Positions 19,595 to 29,534 of a stretch of 56,877 nt of DNA are shown here, one piece after another. The notes beneath the pieces are model-generated. The model was not told where the DNA came from. It worked only from the letters and a program-made list of their open reading frames with translations, and ran no database searches. The stretch is from the NCBI GenBank assembly GCA_018714345.1, contig DVNO01000012.1:1-56877 (forward strand), written 5' to 3'. Origin of the DNA: Candidatus Enterousia avicola (GTDB lineage: Bacteria; Pseudomonadota; Alphaproteobacteria; Rs-D84). Within the stretch, counting starts at the first letter, position 1. Every line of letters starts with the position of its first letter. The translations under genes and the position numbers were made by a program.

Positions 19595-19747
19595 ATGGCA
19601 ACAAAACGTACATATCAACCATCAAAAACACGTCGCGTGCGTACGCACGGTTTCCGTGAACGGATGGCTACAAAAAGCGGGCGCGAGGTTTTGAATCGTC
19701 GTCGCGCGGCTGGTCGTAAAAGATTGGCAGTAACCGCAGCAAACTAA
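19595..19747 (+). CDS. rpmH: 50S ribosomal protein L34
   Basis: Manual translation [46 protein letters not shown]; AAGGA RBS. Confidence 0.97.
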   Translation: MATKRTYQPSKTRRVRTHGFRERMATKSGREVLNRRRAAGRKRLAVTAAN

Positions 19748-19772
19748 AAAGACCGCCGGTGCGGTTTTTTTA
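19746..19772 (+). terminator. terminator after rpmH
   Basis: AAAAGACCGC-CGGT-GCGGTTTTTTT. Confidence 0.75.
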
Positions 19773-19781
19773 ATGATAAAC

Positions 19782-19810
19782 AAACCGCGCAATTAATGCG
19801 CGGTTATTTT
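19782..19810 (-). terminator. terminator of the valS-thioesterase unit
   Basis: AACCGCGCA-ATTAA-TGCGCGGTT hairpin. Confidence 0.7.
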
Positions 19811-20544
19811 TATTTTTTGATTTCTTCCCATGTGCAGATTACATATGCATGCTCTGTATCCCCCGTTCTAATTTTATGACGGGTAACAAGGCCGTCTATC
19901 GCAACATCAACCGATACTTCCGGAGTATCAGGACTGATTTCTTTTTTGAAATTCAGTTCTATACTTTTTAGCACATGCTGATTCCTGTACACGTACCCTA
20001 CGCTTTCAGTTGCCCAGACCGCATATACCGCATTATTTATGTGCTGATTTACATCAATATCATCAAACCTGCACTTGAATACATGAGTCTTTTCTGCATC
20101 AAAGTCAGGAAATTTTTCAAACTTTCTGTCCCACGCCCGTTCTGAAATTATCGGCCAACTTGGCAAACTATCATCAGCACGTATCGGGCGACGACGTTTC
20201 ATGTCGATTAAAATCCATTGAGACGTTGCACGAACCATCAATCGACCGTCACTGCCCCGAACCTCAAAATCACGAAACGCACGCAGCCCATCATAAGAAG
20301 ACGGCCATGTTATAAACGAAAGTTCTTCACCTTCTCGCGGCATTTCTACAATGTCTACAAGATAGTGTGTTACAACCCATGCTATGTTATGTTCTATCAA
20401 ATAAGACCGACCACAACCTAAAACCTCTGCATTAGTATCGGCAACCCCTTGAAGTTCATTCATTAAAATCAAGGGTCTAACGTTGCCGTACCTATCACAT
20501 TGATAGGCTTGTAACACTCTCTTCTCTGCATACTTACCAGCCAT
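19810..20544 (-). CDS. acyl-ACP thioesterase (double hot-dog)
   Basis: WVVTHY, ATSQWILID..RRP and DIDVNQHINNAVY..W motifs. Confidence 0.9.
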   Translation of the reverse strand: MAGKYAEKRVLQAYQCDRYGNVRPLILMNELQGVADTNAEVLGCGRSYLIEHNIAWVVTHYLVDIVEMPREGEELSFITWPSSYDGLRAFRDFEVRGSDGRLMVRATSQWILIDMKRRRPIRADDSLPSWPIISERAWDRKFEKFPDFDAEKTHVFKCRFDDIDVNQHINNAVYAVWATESVGYVYRNQHVLKSIELNFKKEISPDTPEVSVDVAIDGLVTRHKIRTGDTEHAYVICTWEEIKK

Positions 20545-20546
20545 TT

Positions 20547-22958
20547 TTATTCACCCTTAACTTGATTGTTTTGTGCAACGACAAAATCAATCTTATCGCC
20601 CAACAAAACTTCATTAGCCCTTGCTGCGGATTTTATAACACCATGCAGTGCAACAGGCACATCAGACGGTATAGTTAAGGTTTCTAGTTTCGCCCCATTA
20701 CCTATCTTTTGCTCTGTACGCATACCACGAACAGTCTTTAACAAATCTAACGCTATCTGCATCTCAGACACGTCTGTATCACGTGCAGCATCAACAGATG
20801 GATATTCAGTCAAATGCAACGTGTCACCACCTTCATACGATTTGTAAATACGCTGCCATAATTCTTCGGTTTGGAAAGGTATAAATGGCGCATACAAACC
20901 TATTACTGCACGCAATACCTCATATAACGTCCACTGCGCAGATAATTTTGATTCCGCACTATACTTTTCTGGTGACCAGAATCTGTCTTTGATGAACTCT
21001 AAATACTGATCACAGAAGATTTCATAAAAGAACGTATCTATCGCAGCACGAGAATTATAATTATCGTACTTGTCCAAATTCTTACGAACTTCCGCAATCG
21101 TCTTATTCAACTCTGACAAGACCCAGCGATCTTCTATGAACCTATCTGCAACCGATATTTTCTTTGCTGTATCTGGTTCAAAATCAGTCAAATTCATCAA
21201 AACATATTTAGCGGCATTCCACAATTTTGTAAGCAATTTAGACCCACGCTTAACCTCGTCATCACTATAACGAATATCTGTACCTATTGGCGCTGTTGCA
21301 ATCCAATAGCGCAAAGCATCTGCACCAAACTTTGCAACAGTATCTAGTGGATCTGTGCCGTTGCCTTTTGTCTTGGACATCTTCTGTCCTTTGGAATCAC
21401 GTACCAACCCATGAAAGTTTACCGTTCTGAAAGGAACATCGCCCATAACATACATTCCCATCATTATCATACGTGCAACCCAGAAGAATATTATGTCCGC
21501 ACCTGTATACAGTAAATCTGTTGGATAATATTTCTTTAATTCTGGTGTTTCATCCGGCCAACCCAATGTAGAAAATGGCCACAAAGCAGAAGAAAACCAC
21601 GTATCCAAAACATCCTTGTCACGAGTTAATTCTTTGCCCCCAGATTGTTTAATAGCCTCTTCTTCGCTTTCTGCGACATAAACATTACCATCTGCGTCAT
21701 ACCACGCTGGTATATGATGCCCCCACCATAACTGACGAGAAATTGGCCACTGGCGAATATTCTTCATCCACGCCATATACAAATTATAACGGTGTTCTGG
21801 CATGAATTTTATGCGACCGTCTTCAACAACCTTTATCGCTTCGTCTACCAACTTGGTTGTGTCAACAAACCACTGATCTGTCAAATAAGGTTCTACAACC
21901 ACCCCACCTCTTTCAGAATATGGTGTCGGAATAACTTTGTCTTCTATCTTTACCAACAGACCCGCAGCTTCTATATCCTTTACAACTTCCTCGCGAGCCT
22001 TGAATCTATCCATACCACGATATTTTTCCGGAACGCAATCTGCATCATTTAACTTTGCATCTGGCGTCAAAATATTTACAGCTTTCAAATTATGACGCTG
22101 ACCTACTTCCCAGTCATCAAAATCGTGTGCAGGCGTTATCTTTACCGCGCCAGTTCCTTTTTCTGGATCGGCATGTTCATCCCCGATAATTGGAATTTCT
22201 ATATCCGTTAGCGGTATTATCGCCTTTTTACCAATCAAGTGCTTTAATTTTTCGTTTTCTGGATGTACTGCAATTGCTTGGTCTCCAAATAACGTTTCTG
22301 GTCTGGTCGTCGCAATTTCAACATAACCACCACCAACTAAAGGATAATTAAAGTAATAAAATTTACCTTTCTCTTCCCGCGTCTCTACTTCCAAATCAGA
22401 AACTGACGTCTGCTGTTTAGGACACCAATTTACTAAACGTTTGGCACGGTATATTATCCTTTCGTTGTACATTTTTACAAACAACTTTATAACCGCGCGC
22501 GACAATCCATCATCCATTGTAAAGCGTTCGCGCTTCCATACAGGCGTTACCCCCAATATGTGCAACTGGTTTACAATCTGACCACCCTTTTCGGCTTTCC
22601 ACTTCCAAGCGTAGTCAAGCAACTGCTCTGTACTTAAAGAACGTGGATTTATACCTTTCTTCGACAAGTCACGTTCTACCAACAACTGAGTAGCAATAGA
22701 CGCATGATCTGTACCAGGTTGCCACAAAACATCATAACCACACATACGTTTATAGCGACAAATAATATCCGTTAAAACATTATCCAACGCATGTCCCATG
22801 TGTAAATTACCCGTAACATTCGGTGGTGGCATCATAATGCAAAAAGCGGGTTTATCTGACGTTACGTTATTTGACCAAAAATCATTCGAATCCCAGAAAT
22901 TCTGTATTCTAGTTTCTATTTCTCGTGCGTTTAAATTTTTTCCTAAATCTATTTTCAT
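20547..22958 (-). CDS. valS: valine-tRNA ligase
   Basis: PPPNVTGNLHMGH, ATTRPET, GTGAVKITPAHD, ISRQLWWGH, DTWFSS and KMSKT motifs. Confidence 0.97.
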   Translation of the reverse strand: MKIDLGKNLNAREIETRIQNFWDSNDFWSNNVTSDKPAFCIMMPPPNVTGNLHMGHALDNVLTDIICRYKRMCGYDVLWQPGTDHASIATQLLVERDLSKKGINPRSLSTEQLLDYAWKWKAEKGGQIVNQLHILGVTPVWKRERFTMDDGLSRAVIKLFVKMYNERIIYRAKRLVNWCPKQQTSVSDLEVETREEKGKFYYFNYPLVGGGYVEIATTRPETLFGDQAIAVHPENEKLKHLIGKKAIIPLTDIEIPIIGDEHADPEKGTGAVKITPAHDFDDWEVGQRHNLKAVNILTPDAKLNDADCVPEKYRGMDRFKAREEVVKDIEAAGLLVKIEDKVIPTPYSERGGVVVEPYLTDQWFVDTTKLVDEAIKVVEDGRIKFMPEHRYNLYMAWMKNIRQWPISRQLWWGHHIPAWYDADGNVYVAESEEEAIKQSGGKELTRDKDVLDTWFSSALWPFSTLGWPDETPELKKYYPTDLLYTGADIIFFWVARMIMMGMYVMGDVPFRTVNFHGLVRDSKGQKMSKTKGNGTDPLDTVAKFGADALRYWIATAPIGTDIRYSDDEVKRGSKLLTKLWNAAKYVLMNLTDFEPDTAKKISVADRFIEDRWVLSELNKTIAEVRKNLDKYDNYNSRAAIDTFFYEIFCDQYLEFIKDRFWSPEKYSAESKLSAQWTLYEVLRAVIGLYAPFIPFQTEELWQRIYKSYEGGDTLHLTEYPSVDAARDTDVSEMQIALDLLKTVRGMRTEQKIGNGAKLETLTIPSDVPVALHGVIKSAARANEVLLGDKIDFVVAQNNQVKGE

Positions 22959-22961
22959 TTT

Positions 22962-23483
22962 TTATTTCCTAATTATCGGTTTCCAATTCGTTGTATCAAT
23001 ATTTTTTAATTCGGCTGGCAAATCTGAATCGCTTAAAACGTTCCAAGTTTGCGTCCTGCCAAACGGGCCTATTTTTCCACGCACTCGTAATTTATCGTTA
23101 TAATCTTTCCAAATCTCACTTGAATAAACGCTACCCTTTTTAGGGTCCATTATCTTACCATCTGTGTATTCGGAATCATCTGAATCCCATTCCATTTTCC
23201 AGATAATATCTAACCCTACATACTTCGGACTTCCTGCGACCTTTTCTGCAATTTTTACAGGATTATTTATAGTTTCTGAAACATTACCCTTTTCATCATA
23301 TAACGCGACTATACGCCCCGCTAACAAGCTATCATTTCCGTCTTTATACTCGTATAACTTAACAATAGACTTTGGCAAATTCGTTTCATCATCAATCGTT
23401 TGATACATTCCCGTAAATGGCAATGCAGCACATGCAGCACCAGACACAAGTATTCCACAAAGCCCAAAAGTAAATATTTTCAT
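22962..23483 (-). CDS. exported DUF2147-like protein
   Basis: Signal peptide; G.YQTIDD, GLDIIW, GKIMDP..G.VY and LRVRGKIG.FGRTQTW. Confidence 0.82.
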   Translation of the reverse strand: MKIFTFGLCGILVSGAACAALPFTGMYQTIDDETNLPKSIVKLYEYKDGNDSLLAGRIVALYDEKGNVSETINNPVKIAEKVAGSPKYVGLDIIWKMEWDSDDSEYTDGKIMDPKKGSVYSSEIWKDYNDKLRVRGKIGPFGRTQTWNVLSDSDLPAELKNIDTTNWKPIIRK

Positions 23484-23616
23484 TATAAAACACCCCTAAA
23501 TTACTCTGCAAATCCTATCAGATAAAAAATAAAATTCAAGGCATTGTTATAATATTAATTGACAAATTAAAAAATTTGTACTATATATTACACAACAAAC
23601 AAAAAGAGCATAAAAA

Positions 23617-24015
23617 ATGACAGCTTCAGAGCTTTCTTTTATAAAGCAAATTTTTGAAGAGAATCCTATTTCTCACTGTGTGAAATACAGCGGCAGAAGC
23701 CCTGTGGATGTTTATACAGTCAGCACCTCTTATCGCACAAAAGAAGGAACAATCAGAAAAGATTTGGTTACCGTAACAAACACAAAAGACACTGCTTTGT
23801 TCGAGGTTTTAATTGGTGGCAGCTGCGTTTTTGCCAAAAATTATAGAAAAGCAAAACCTATCAAACTAACTGATTCCAACTCTCTACCAGATGAAGACGA
23901 AGTCATTTTAGATTTGCTGAAATTATGCGATGACAAGGTTACAAGAAAATACTTAAATCAGTTAAAAGAGATAAAAAGTTTCTTAGACGATTTAAAAAAC
24001 TCTAACATAAAGTAA
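23617..24015 (+). CDS. hypothetical protein
   Basis: 132-aa ORF after TTGACA(23559)-N17-TATATA. Confidence 0.75.
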   Translation: MTASELSFIKQIFEENPISHCVKYSGRSPVDVYTVSTSYRTKEGTIRKDLVTVTNTKDTALFEVLIGGSCVFAKNYRKAKPIKLTDSNSLPDEDEVILDLLKLCDDKVTRKYLNQLKEIKSFLDDLKNSNIK

Positions 24016-24020
24016 AAGAC

Positions 24021-24413
24021 ATGTCCGACGATCTATTCACTTTGTTACTTCTTGCAATACAAAAAACTTTTATATCAGTAGAAAATACTGATACAGGTTC
24101 ATCTTACTATTTCATTCTGCGTGATGATTCTGAAATCCAAGAAATAGAGCTTCAATGTTTATACTCTCATACAGACGAAAAAAATACATATGCAAAATGT
24201 AACTTTTATGTAAACGGCTTTTTACTTGAAGAAGCTTTTATTCCTGTATTTCAAGGAAAAAAGCCACAGAAATTTAACAAACTAACAACTTCAGCTAAAC
24301 TGGAAATACTATTAAGAGCATGTTCTCAAAAAGTAATAAAACAAGAAATAGAATGCCAAAAATTCAATATGCTTAAAACATTTAAAAAGAATTCTAAACA
24401 ACGCTCTAATTAG
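24021..24413 (+). CDS. hypothetical protein (possible distant paralog of 23617..24015)
   Basis: 130 aa, 5 nt downstream of the previous ORF; shares an LL..C..KV motif with it. Confidence 0.75.
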   Translation: MSDDLFTLLLLAIQKTFISVENTDTGSSYYFILRDDSEIQEIELQCLYSHTDEKNTYAKCNFYVNGFLLEEAFIPVFQGKKPQKFNKLTTSAKLEILLRACSQKVIKQEIECQKFNMLKTFKKNSKQRSN

Positions 24414-24418
24414 AAAAA

Positions 24419-25177
24419 TTAAATTGCGCGAACAATTCTACAAAACGTAACCCCATAAACTTCCTTGGCGCCAGCTTTCATTAAAACGTGACGCAATTCA
24501 GAAAATGTCGCACCAGTAGTCATAACATCATCTACTAGCAAAATTTTTCTGCCGCGTATGTTTTCGGGATTTATCACATTAAAAACACCTTTTACATTCT
24601 CCATACGTTGCTTGGCATTTTTATGGCCCATATCTGCCCTATACTTACGTTTTAAACTAGACAAATCCATTCTTACCCCAAAGGCTTTCGCAATAGGCCG
24701 CGCTAACAATGTCGCCTGATTATAACCACGATGAAACAAACGTTTGTACGCCAATGGTACAGGAATGACTACATCAGGTTTTATATCTACATCTCGTAAA
24801 GTCCATATCATGGCCCGTGACATAAAGTAAGAATATCTTATTTTCCCAGCATGCTTAAATGGCAACATAACTGACCGAGACACGTCATCGTAAACACATG
24901 CAGAACGAATTAAATCCAACTCGCAACAACCTGCCGCACAATTTGGGCACAGTGGCTGATTTCCTAAATCAATGTTTGCAGGAAACGGATATCCACATTT
25001 TTCACATTTTGGATTTCCTATCCAATTGAATCCAACCCAACAATCCGCACATAATTCGCCATTCGTCGATACCGCTGCACCACATATCGGACAAGACGCA
25101 GGAAATAAAAAGTCAATCAAGGAATTTGCGCATCTATTAATGATATTATGCGCATTCGCAGAAAACTTCTTTACCAA
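24419..25177 (-). CDS. comF: ComF family protein (double Zn ribbon plus PRT domain)
   Basis: LFPASCPIC..LCADC..CEKC..CPNC, PVPL...RGYNQ and LLVDDVMTTGAT motifs. Confidence 0.92.
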   Translation of the reverse strand: MVKKFSANAHNIINRCANSLIDFLFPASCPICGAAVSTNGELCADCWVGFNWIGNPKCEKCGYPFPANIDLGNQPLCPNCAAGCCELDLIRSACVYDDVSRSVMLPFKHAGKIRYSYFMSRAMIWTLRDVDIKPDVVIPVPLAYKRLFHRGYNQATLLARPIAKAFGVRMDLSSLKRKYRADMGHKNAKQRMENVKGVFNVINPENIRGRKILLVDDVMTTGATFSELRHVLMKAGAKEVYGVTFCRIVRAI

Positions 25178-26559
25178 GACATACTTCTATATGTTTTCTT
25201 GCTGACCGTATCACCAAAAATATCTTTCTGCTGCTTAGTCAGCGTTTCATATTGATCAAGCGATATCATCCTTAGTACTAAACCTTCTTCGTCACGCTGG
25301 GAAAGCACAGGTAATATACGCTGTTCAGAAATTCCATTGTCTCGCAAGACTTGTTCTATTATCGCCAAACGTCTTGCTGCCAACTTCCGTTCTTCTGCGT
25401 TGGTTGTAACGTTCTGAGGAATCGAAACCTGAACCGCACGTGTTGGATTACTTAACACTATTCCTGCATACTCTGTCAGCAAATTATAATTATCTCTGGA
25501 TAATGCAGCGTCGGCATTTCTAAATTTTATCTTTATCTCTAATGGTCTTATTCCACCTAGCTGAGTACCAGCTGTTTCGGACAAATCACGCTGTGAAGTA
25601 AACCCTTCGGCATTAGCCGTCATATCACTAGCAACATCAAACCTATCATCTATTTGGAAAGTTGATAAATGCTTATTCTCTGACAAGAATGTTTTTCTAA
25701 ACGCTTTACGTAATTCACTTGGACTCATTTGCGTCATCTCGTTACGCGTCTCAACAATACGTGGTGATTCTGCACGCTGAACGGCACGAACAACAACATC
25801 GTCAGACACATCATCAAATGGAACAACGACACGTGACAATCTTACATCATCATTTTCACCTGCCTTCGCCACGCTTTCATTTGCAATACCCGTACTTCTT
25901 GCAGAACTACGAGAAACAACTTTGCGTTGTGACAAATTATTTTCTGCCGCAAAAGGCTTAACACTTTCATCGGCACGACGCTGCAGCTCATTCAAATGAG
26001 CAATTTGCGCATCCAATTCAGACATAGCAGTATCTGTTGACTTAGATACAGAACTAGCAACTCTCGACACATCAGAAGTTCTTTGACTTGCCACCACTTC
26101 CCCGTCCAAGCTTTCTTCTGGCAGCATTGTATCAGAGCGAATTACAGAAAATTCGTCAGGAGAGGGTAAGCGCAAAGGTATAACATCGGACGATGAAGAT
26201 ACCCGTGCCCATAAATCTGCACTTGGTCTACGTGGAGACAAAACATCCGATGCAACAATTTGTTCACCAGAATCTACTGGCTTGGCAACAGATGCTTTTT
26301 GTGTGGTCGCTGCACGCGAAACAACAGTGCGAGATTCTTTTTCATTACTTGCCACACTCTTTTCTTTATTCTCTGTATTTGTATTAGATTTTGCTATTGC
26401 AGTAGGTGCCTTGGCTTCTGAATGCTTTATGATTGGTTCCCCAAACGCTTCGCGCGCAGAAATTCCGCCCGCCGCCACATTGACTACGGGCAACCGTACG
26501 TTCGCAAAAGCCGGTAAAACAACAAAAAGAGATAAAACAGAGATTGCAATCTGTCGCAT
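25171..26559 (-). CDS. exported protein with Ser/Arg-rich region and degenerate OmpA-like C-terminal domain
   Basis: Start MRQIA at 26559 with AGGA RBS; signal peptide; C-terminal F...DAALS...L...RKLAARRL..IEQVL...GI...RI. Confidence 0.7.
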   Translation of the reverse strand: MRQIAISVLSLFVVLPAFANVRLPVVNVAAGGISAREAFGEPIIKHSEAKAPTAIAKSNTNTENKEKSVASNEKESRTVVSRAATTQKASVAKPVDSGEQIVASDVLSPRRPSADLWARVSSSSDVIPLRLPSPDEFSVIRSDTMLPEESLDGEVVASQRTSDVSRVASSVSKSTDTAMSELDAQIAHLNELQRRADESVKPFAAENNLSQRKVVSRSSARSTGIANESVAKAGENDDVRLSRVVVPFDDVSDDVVVRAVQRAESPRIVETRNEMTQMSPSELRKAFRKTFLSENKHLSTFQIDDRFDVASDMTANAEGFTSQRDLSETAGTQLGGIRPLEIKIKFRNADAALSRDNYNLLTEYAGIVLSNPTRAVQVSIPQNVTTNAEERKLAARRLAIIEQVLRDNGISEQRILPVLSQRDEEGLVLRMISLDQYETLTKQQKDIFGDTVSKKTYRSMSW

Positions 26560-26630
26560 TTTCCTTTCCTTCCTTAATTCATCATAGAACAAATGACGAA
26601 TCGCAAGCAAGTAGAAAAATGCAAAAATCG

Positions 26631-27677
26631 CTATTTTGTTACTTCATCACAAATAATTTTTACTGCATTATTCGGGACAAGTGATTTGTGAGCCATTTTC
26701 TCCAATCGATTAGTATTCTCAAAAAGTTCCGTCAATGTCGCGCTTAGCCATTTTGGGGTAAACTTCTCTTGCGGGACAGCAAATCCACCACCAAGCTTTG
26801 CAAAACTTTGTGCATTTGCAGCCTGATCTGGATTTATGTTTAATGGTACTAATATTGCCGGTCGCCCAACTGTTTCTAGTTCCACAACTGTGCTTGCACC
26901 ACTTCTTCCTATAACCAAATCCGCATCAATTATTGCACCTGCCATATCGTGTATAAAGGACAACACATTTGCGCGTATTTTGTTATCTGCATATAACTTT
27001 TGCAGCCTAGCCACATTTTCTGGACGCGTCTGATGTGTAACAAAAATCTTCTTGTTTTTCATCTGTAACAATGCTGCCGGAACCACATCGTCTAGAATCT
27101 GAGCCCCCAAAGACCCACCCGTAACTAATAATTTCGAAGCATTTGGAATTGGTGCCCCCGCTGCCGCCAAAAATTCCTGTCTAACAGGTAACCCCGTATA
27201 AACTATTTTAATTTGCGTATTACCTGGTATACCATCAACAGATGGAAAGCTTGTCATTAACGTCTTTACCCAGCGCATTGCAAATTTGTTTGCACGACCA
27301 ATGGCCGCATTTTGTTCATGCAAGTACGTAGGTATTTTCCACAAATGCGCTGCAAAAACAGCTGGAACAGACGCATAACCACCAAAAGCAACTAATCTAT
27401 CTGGTCTAGAAAACAAGAAACGAAACGTCAGCCACGTTGCAGATAAAGCTATTTTTGACAAAGCAAGAACTTGCTTTATACGGCTTTTTGCGCCGACACC
27501 CGACGCCCATAACATTACTACCTTGGCCCCATCTGGTGCGCCATCTTTAACCATTTGCTTTACGCGACCATCCGCAGAAATAGTGACACTATATCCGCGC
27601 TTTACTAATTCTGTCGCCACGCTTAATGCCGGAAAAACGTGACCGCCCGTACCACCTGTTGCAATCCATATTTTCAT
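26631..27677 (-). CDS. murG: MurG GlcNAc transferase
   Basis: GGTGGHVFP, GGYAS.P, HEQN..GRAN, GLPVR, GGSLGA and RSGASTV.E motifs. Confidence 0.97.
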   Translation of the reverse strand: MKIWIATGGTGGHVFPALSVATELVKRGYSVTISADGRVKQMVKDGAPDGAKVVMLWASGVGAKSRIKQVLALSKIALSATWLTFRFLFSRPDRLVAFGGYASVPAVFAAHLWKIPTYLHEQNAAIGRANKFAMRWVKTLMTSFPSVDGIPGNTQIKIVYTGLPVRQEFLAAAGAPIPNASKLLVTGGSLGAQILDDVVPAALLQMKNKKIFVTHQTRPENVARLQKLYADNKIRANVLSFIHDMAGAIIDADLVIGRSGASTVVELETVGRPAILVPLNINPDQAANAQSFAKLGGGFAVPQEKFTPKWLSATLTELFENTNRLEKMAHKSLVPNNAVKIICDEVTK

Positions 27678-27760
27678 GTTTTTTCTCTGTTTTTATGGTA
27701 TAATTCTCAGTGACTAGTTATTATAACACCGCTATTAAATATTTCAACAAGGAGTAACTT

Positions 27761-28288
27761 ATGTTAGAAAAAAAAGCAACTAACACAAATAACATTCCCA
27801 AAAGCTACTTAAAATTCAAAGCCCTGTTACCGCGCGATGGATTCTGTATTCTAAAACCAGATGATTTTAAAAAAATGATAAAAATTATTCATGACGAACA
27901 AGATAAAAAAACAAAAAACGTTCTTTTTGGTGAAGTATTAGATAAGTTATTCGCTGGTGGTTGGGGCTGGTATATGCGCTACGGCCAAAGCCTATCATCT
28001 GCACGACCTATAAGGCGCGCATATCAATTACCAGAAAGTGAGCGAGATAAAGCTCTAAAAGTTTTGAGAATGGTAAAAGACATGCACATTGAATTACGTT
28101 ATAAACCAAGCTATATCGGAATTATCAACTCATTTATACGAGAGTTTGGCGGAAAAACAGTAAGCCGCGAACAGCAAAATCAAAAACAAAAAGAAGAATT
28201 TAACAAGGCAATATCAAAAATAAAATCTGGTTCAAAAATGCCGCGAAAACTAAAAAAAAGACTGACGAAATTGGAGAAGGTTCATTAA
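27761..28288 (+). CDS. basic hypothetical protein
   Basis: 175-aa Lys-rich ORF with AGGAG RBS, TGgTATAAT upstream and a terminator downstream. Confidence 0.78.
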   Translation: MLEKKATNTNNIPKSYLKFKALLPRDGFCILKPDDFKKMIKIIHDEQDKKTKNVLFGEVLDKLFAGGWGWYMRYGQSLSSARPIRRAYQLPESERDKALKVLRMVKDMHIELRYKPSYIGIINSFIREFGGKTVSREQQNQKQKEEFNKAISKIKSGSKMPRKLKKRLTKLEKVH

Positions 28289-28312
28289 AAAAACGGGATT
28301 TTCCCGTTTTTT
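28287..28312. terminator. bidirectional terminator
   Basis: AAAAAACGGGA-TTT-TCCCGTTTTTT. Confidence 0.75.
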
Positions 28313-29447
28313 ACTTCCACCGATCTTCTCTTACTATTGCCATTATCATACCAAACAGCAGGCAAAATGACAGCAAAGAACTTCCACCATATGATATAAA
28401 TGGTAACGTCATTCCTTTTGGTGCAAATAAATGCAAAGTAGACATAAGATTTATGCAGACTTGTGTACCAAACAATGCAGCCGTTCCACCTGCCGCATAA
28501 AAAACAAATTTATCCCTAGCATTTATAGCATTCAAAATCAGACGCCGTAATACCAACATTAAAAAGATTATTAGTGCACACGCCAATATTGCCCCTGCAT
28601 CCTCTGCAACCGCGGCAAATATAAAGTCAGTATGCGCATCTGGCAAAGATTGTTTAACAAACGAACCGTCACCTTGACCGAATAAACCACCATTTTGAAT
28701 AGACTGAACCGATTGAGTAACCTGATATGTATCCCCTGTTCCCGTAAAAAATGAAACTATACGATTATGCACGTGTGACATTGTAAAGAAAGCAACGGTC
28801 AACAATCCGACAGCCGCCGCCCCTAAAACAGGTATTATGACCAACGGCAAGCCCGCTATAAACATCATAGCACACAACACAGCCAGATATAGAATAGACG
28901 TACCTAAATCAGGATGAGAAAAGATTATAAGTAATGATACTGCAAAAGTTGCCAAATATGGCCACCATGATAGCCACTTAAATCGCCATGCCTCTTTATT
29001 AAAGAAAATATCGTCCCCATAAACATCACGCATTTTTGCAAAGAACCACGCTGTGATTATTATAAATCCAGGCTTCATTATATCTGCTGGCATGACATTG
29101 GCAAACCCCAAAGAAACGAAACGATCAGAACCATTTATAGTGTGTGGTGCCACAATAGTTACTAAAAGCAGCAACAACCCAACCGCTACATTTAACCACG
29201 ACAACCTTATAACCCATTTTTTATTTAACATACTGGCCCCTAAAAGGGTTACAAATCCCAACACATAAAATGGAATCGCTTTTACTATATAATAGTTCCA
29301 AGGTTGTCCAATACGCTCTGCTGCAACCGAACCCGCTGAAATCATACAAATCACGCTTATCAGCATCATCACCAGCACATAGGCCAGCAATTTACGGTCT
29401 ATTTCAAAGTACCAACTAGTAAGTTTGCTTTCTTCCGTTCTTAGCAT
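28311..29447 (-). CDS. ftsW: SEDS cell division protein FtsW
   Basis: PDLGT, LPDAHTDFIFA..AE and P.KGMTLPFISYGGSS motifs; lies between mraY and murG. Confidence 0.9.
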   Translation of the reverse strand: MLRTEESKLTSWYFEIDRKLLAYVLVMMLISVICMISAGSVAAERIGQPWNYYIVKAIPFYVLGFVTLLGASMLNKKWVIRLSWLNVAVGLLLLLVTIVAPHTINGSDRFVSLGFANVMPADIMKPGFIIITAWFFAKMRDVYGDDIFFNKEAWRFKWLSWWPYLATFAVSLLIIFSHPDLGTSILYLAVLCAMMFIAGLPLVIIPVLGAAAVGLLTVAFFTMSHVHNRIVSFFTGTGDTYQVTQSVQSIQNGGLFGQGDGSFVKQSLPDAHTDFIFAAVAEDAGAILACALIIFLMLVLRRLILNAINARDKFVFYAAGGTAALFGTQVCINLMSTLHLFAPKGMTLPFISYGGSSLLSFCLLFGMIMAIVREDRWK

Positions 29448-29505
29448 GTCGGGAATATTATACCATCTTTTTTAAGAAAATATACTGCTGAAAATATTTT
29501 TATTT

Positions 29506-29531
29506 AAAAACCCGACTTAAAAAGTCGGGTA
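29506..29531 (-). terminator. terminator after mraY
   Basis: AAAAACCCGACTT-AAA-AAGTCGGGT. Confidence 0.75.
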
Positions 29532-29534
29532 AGA

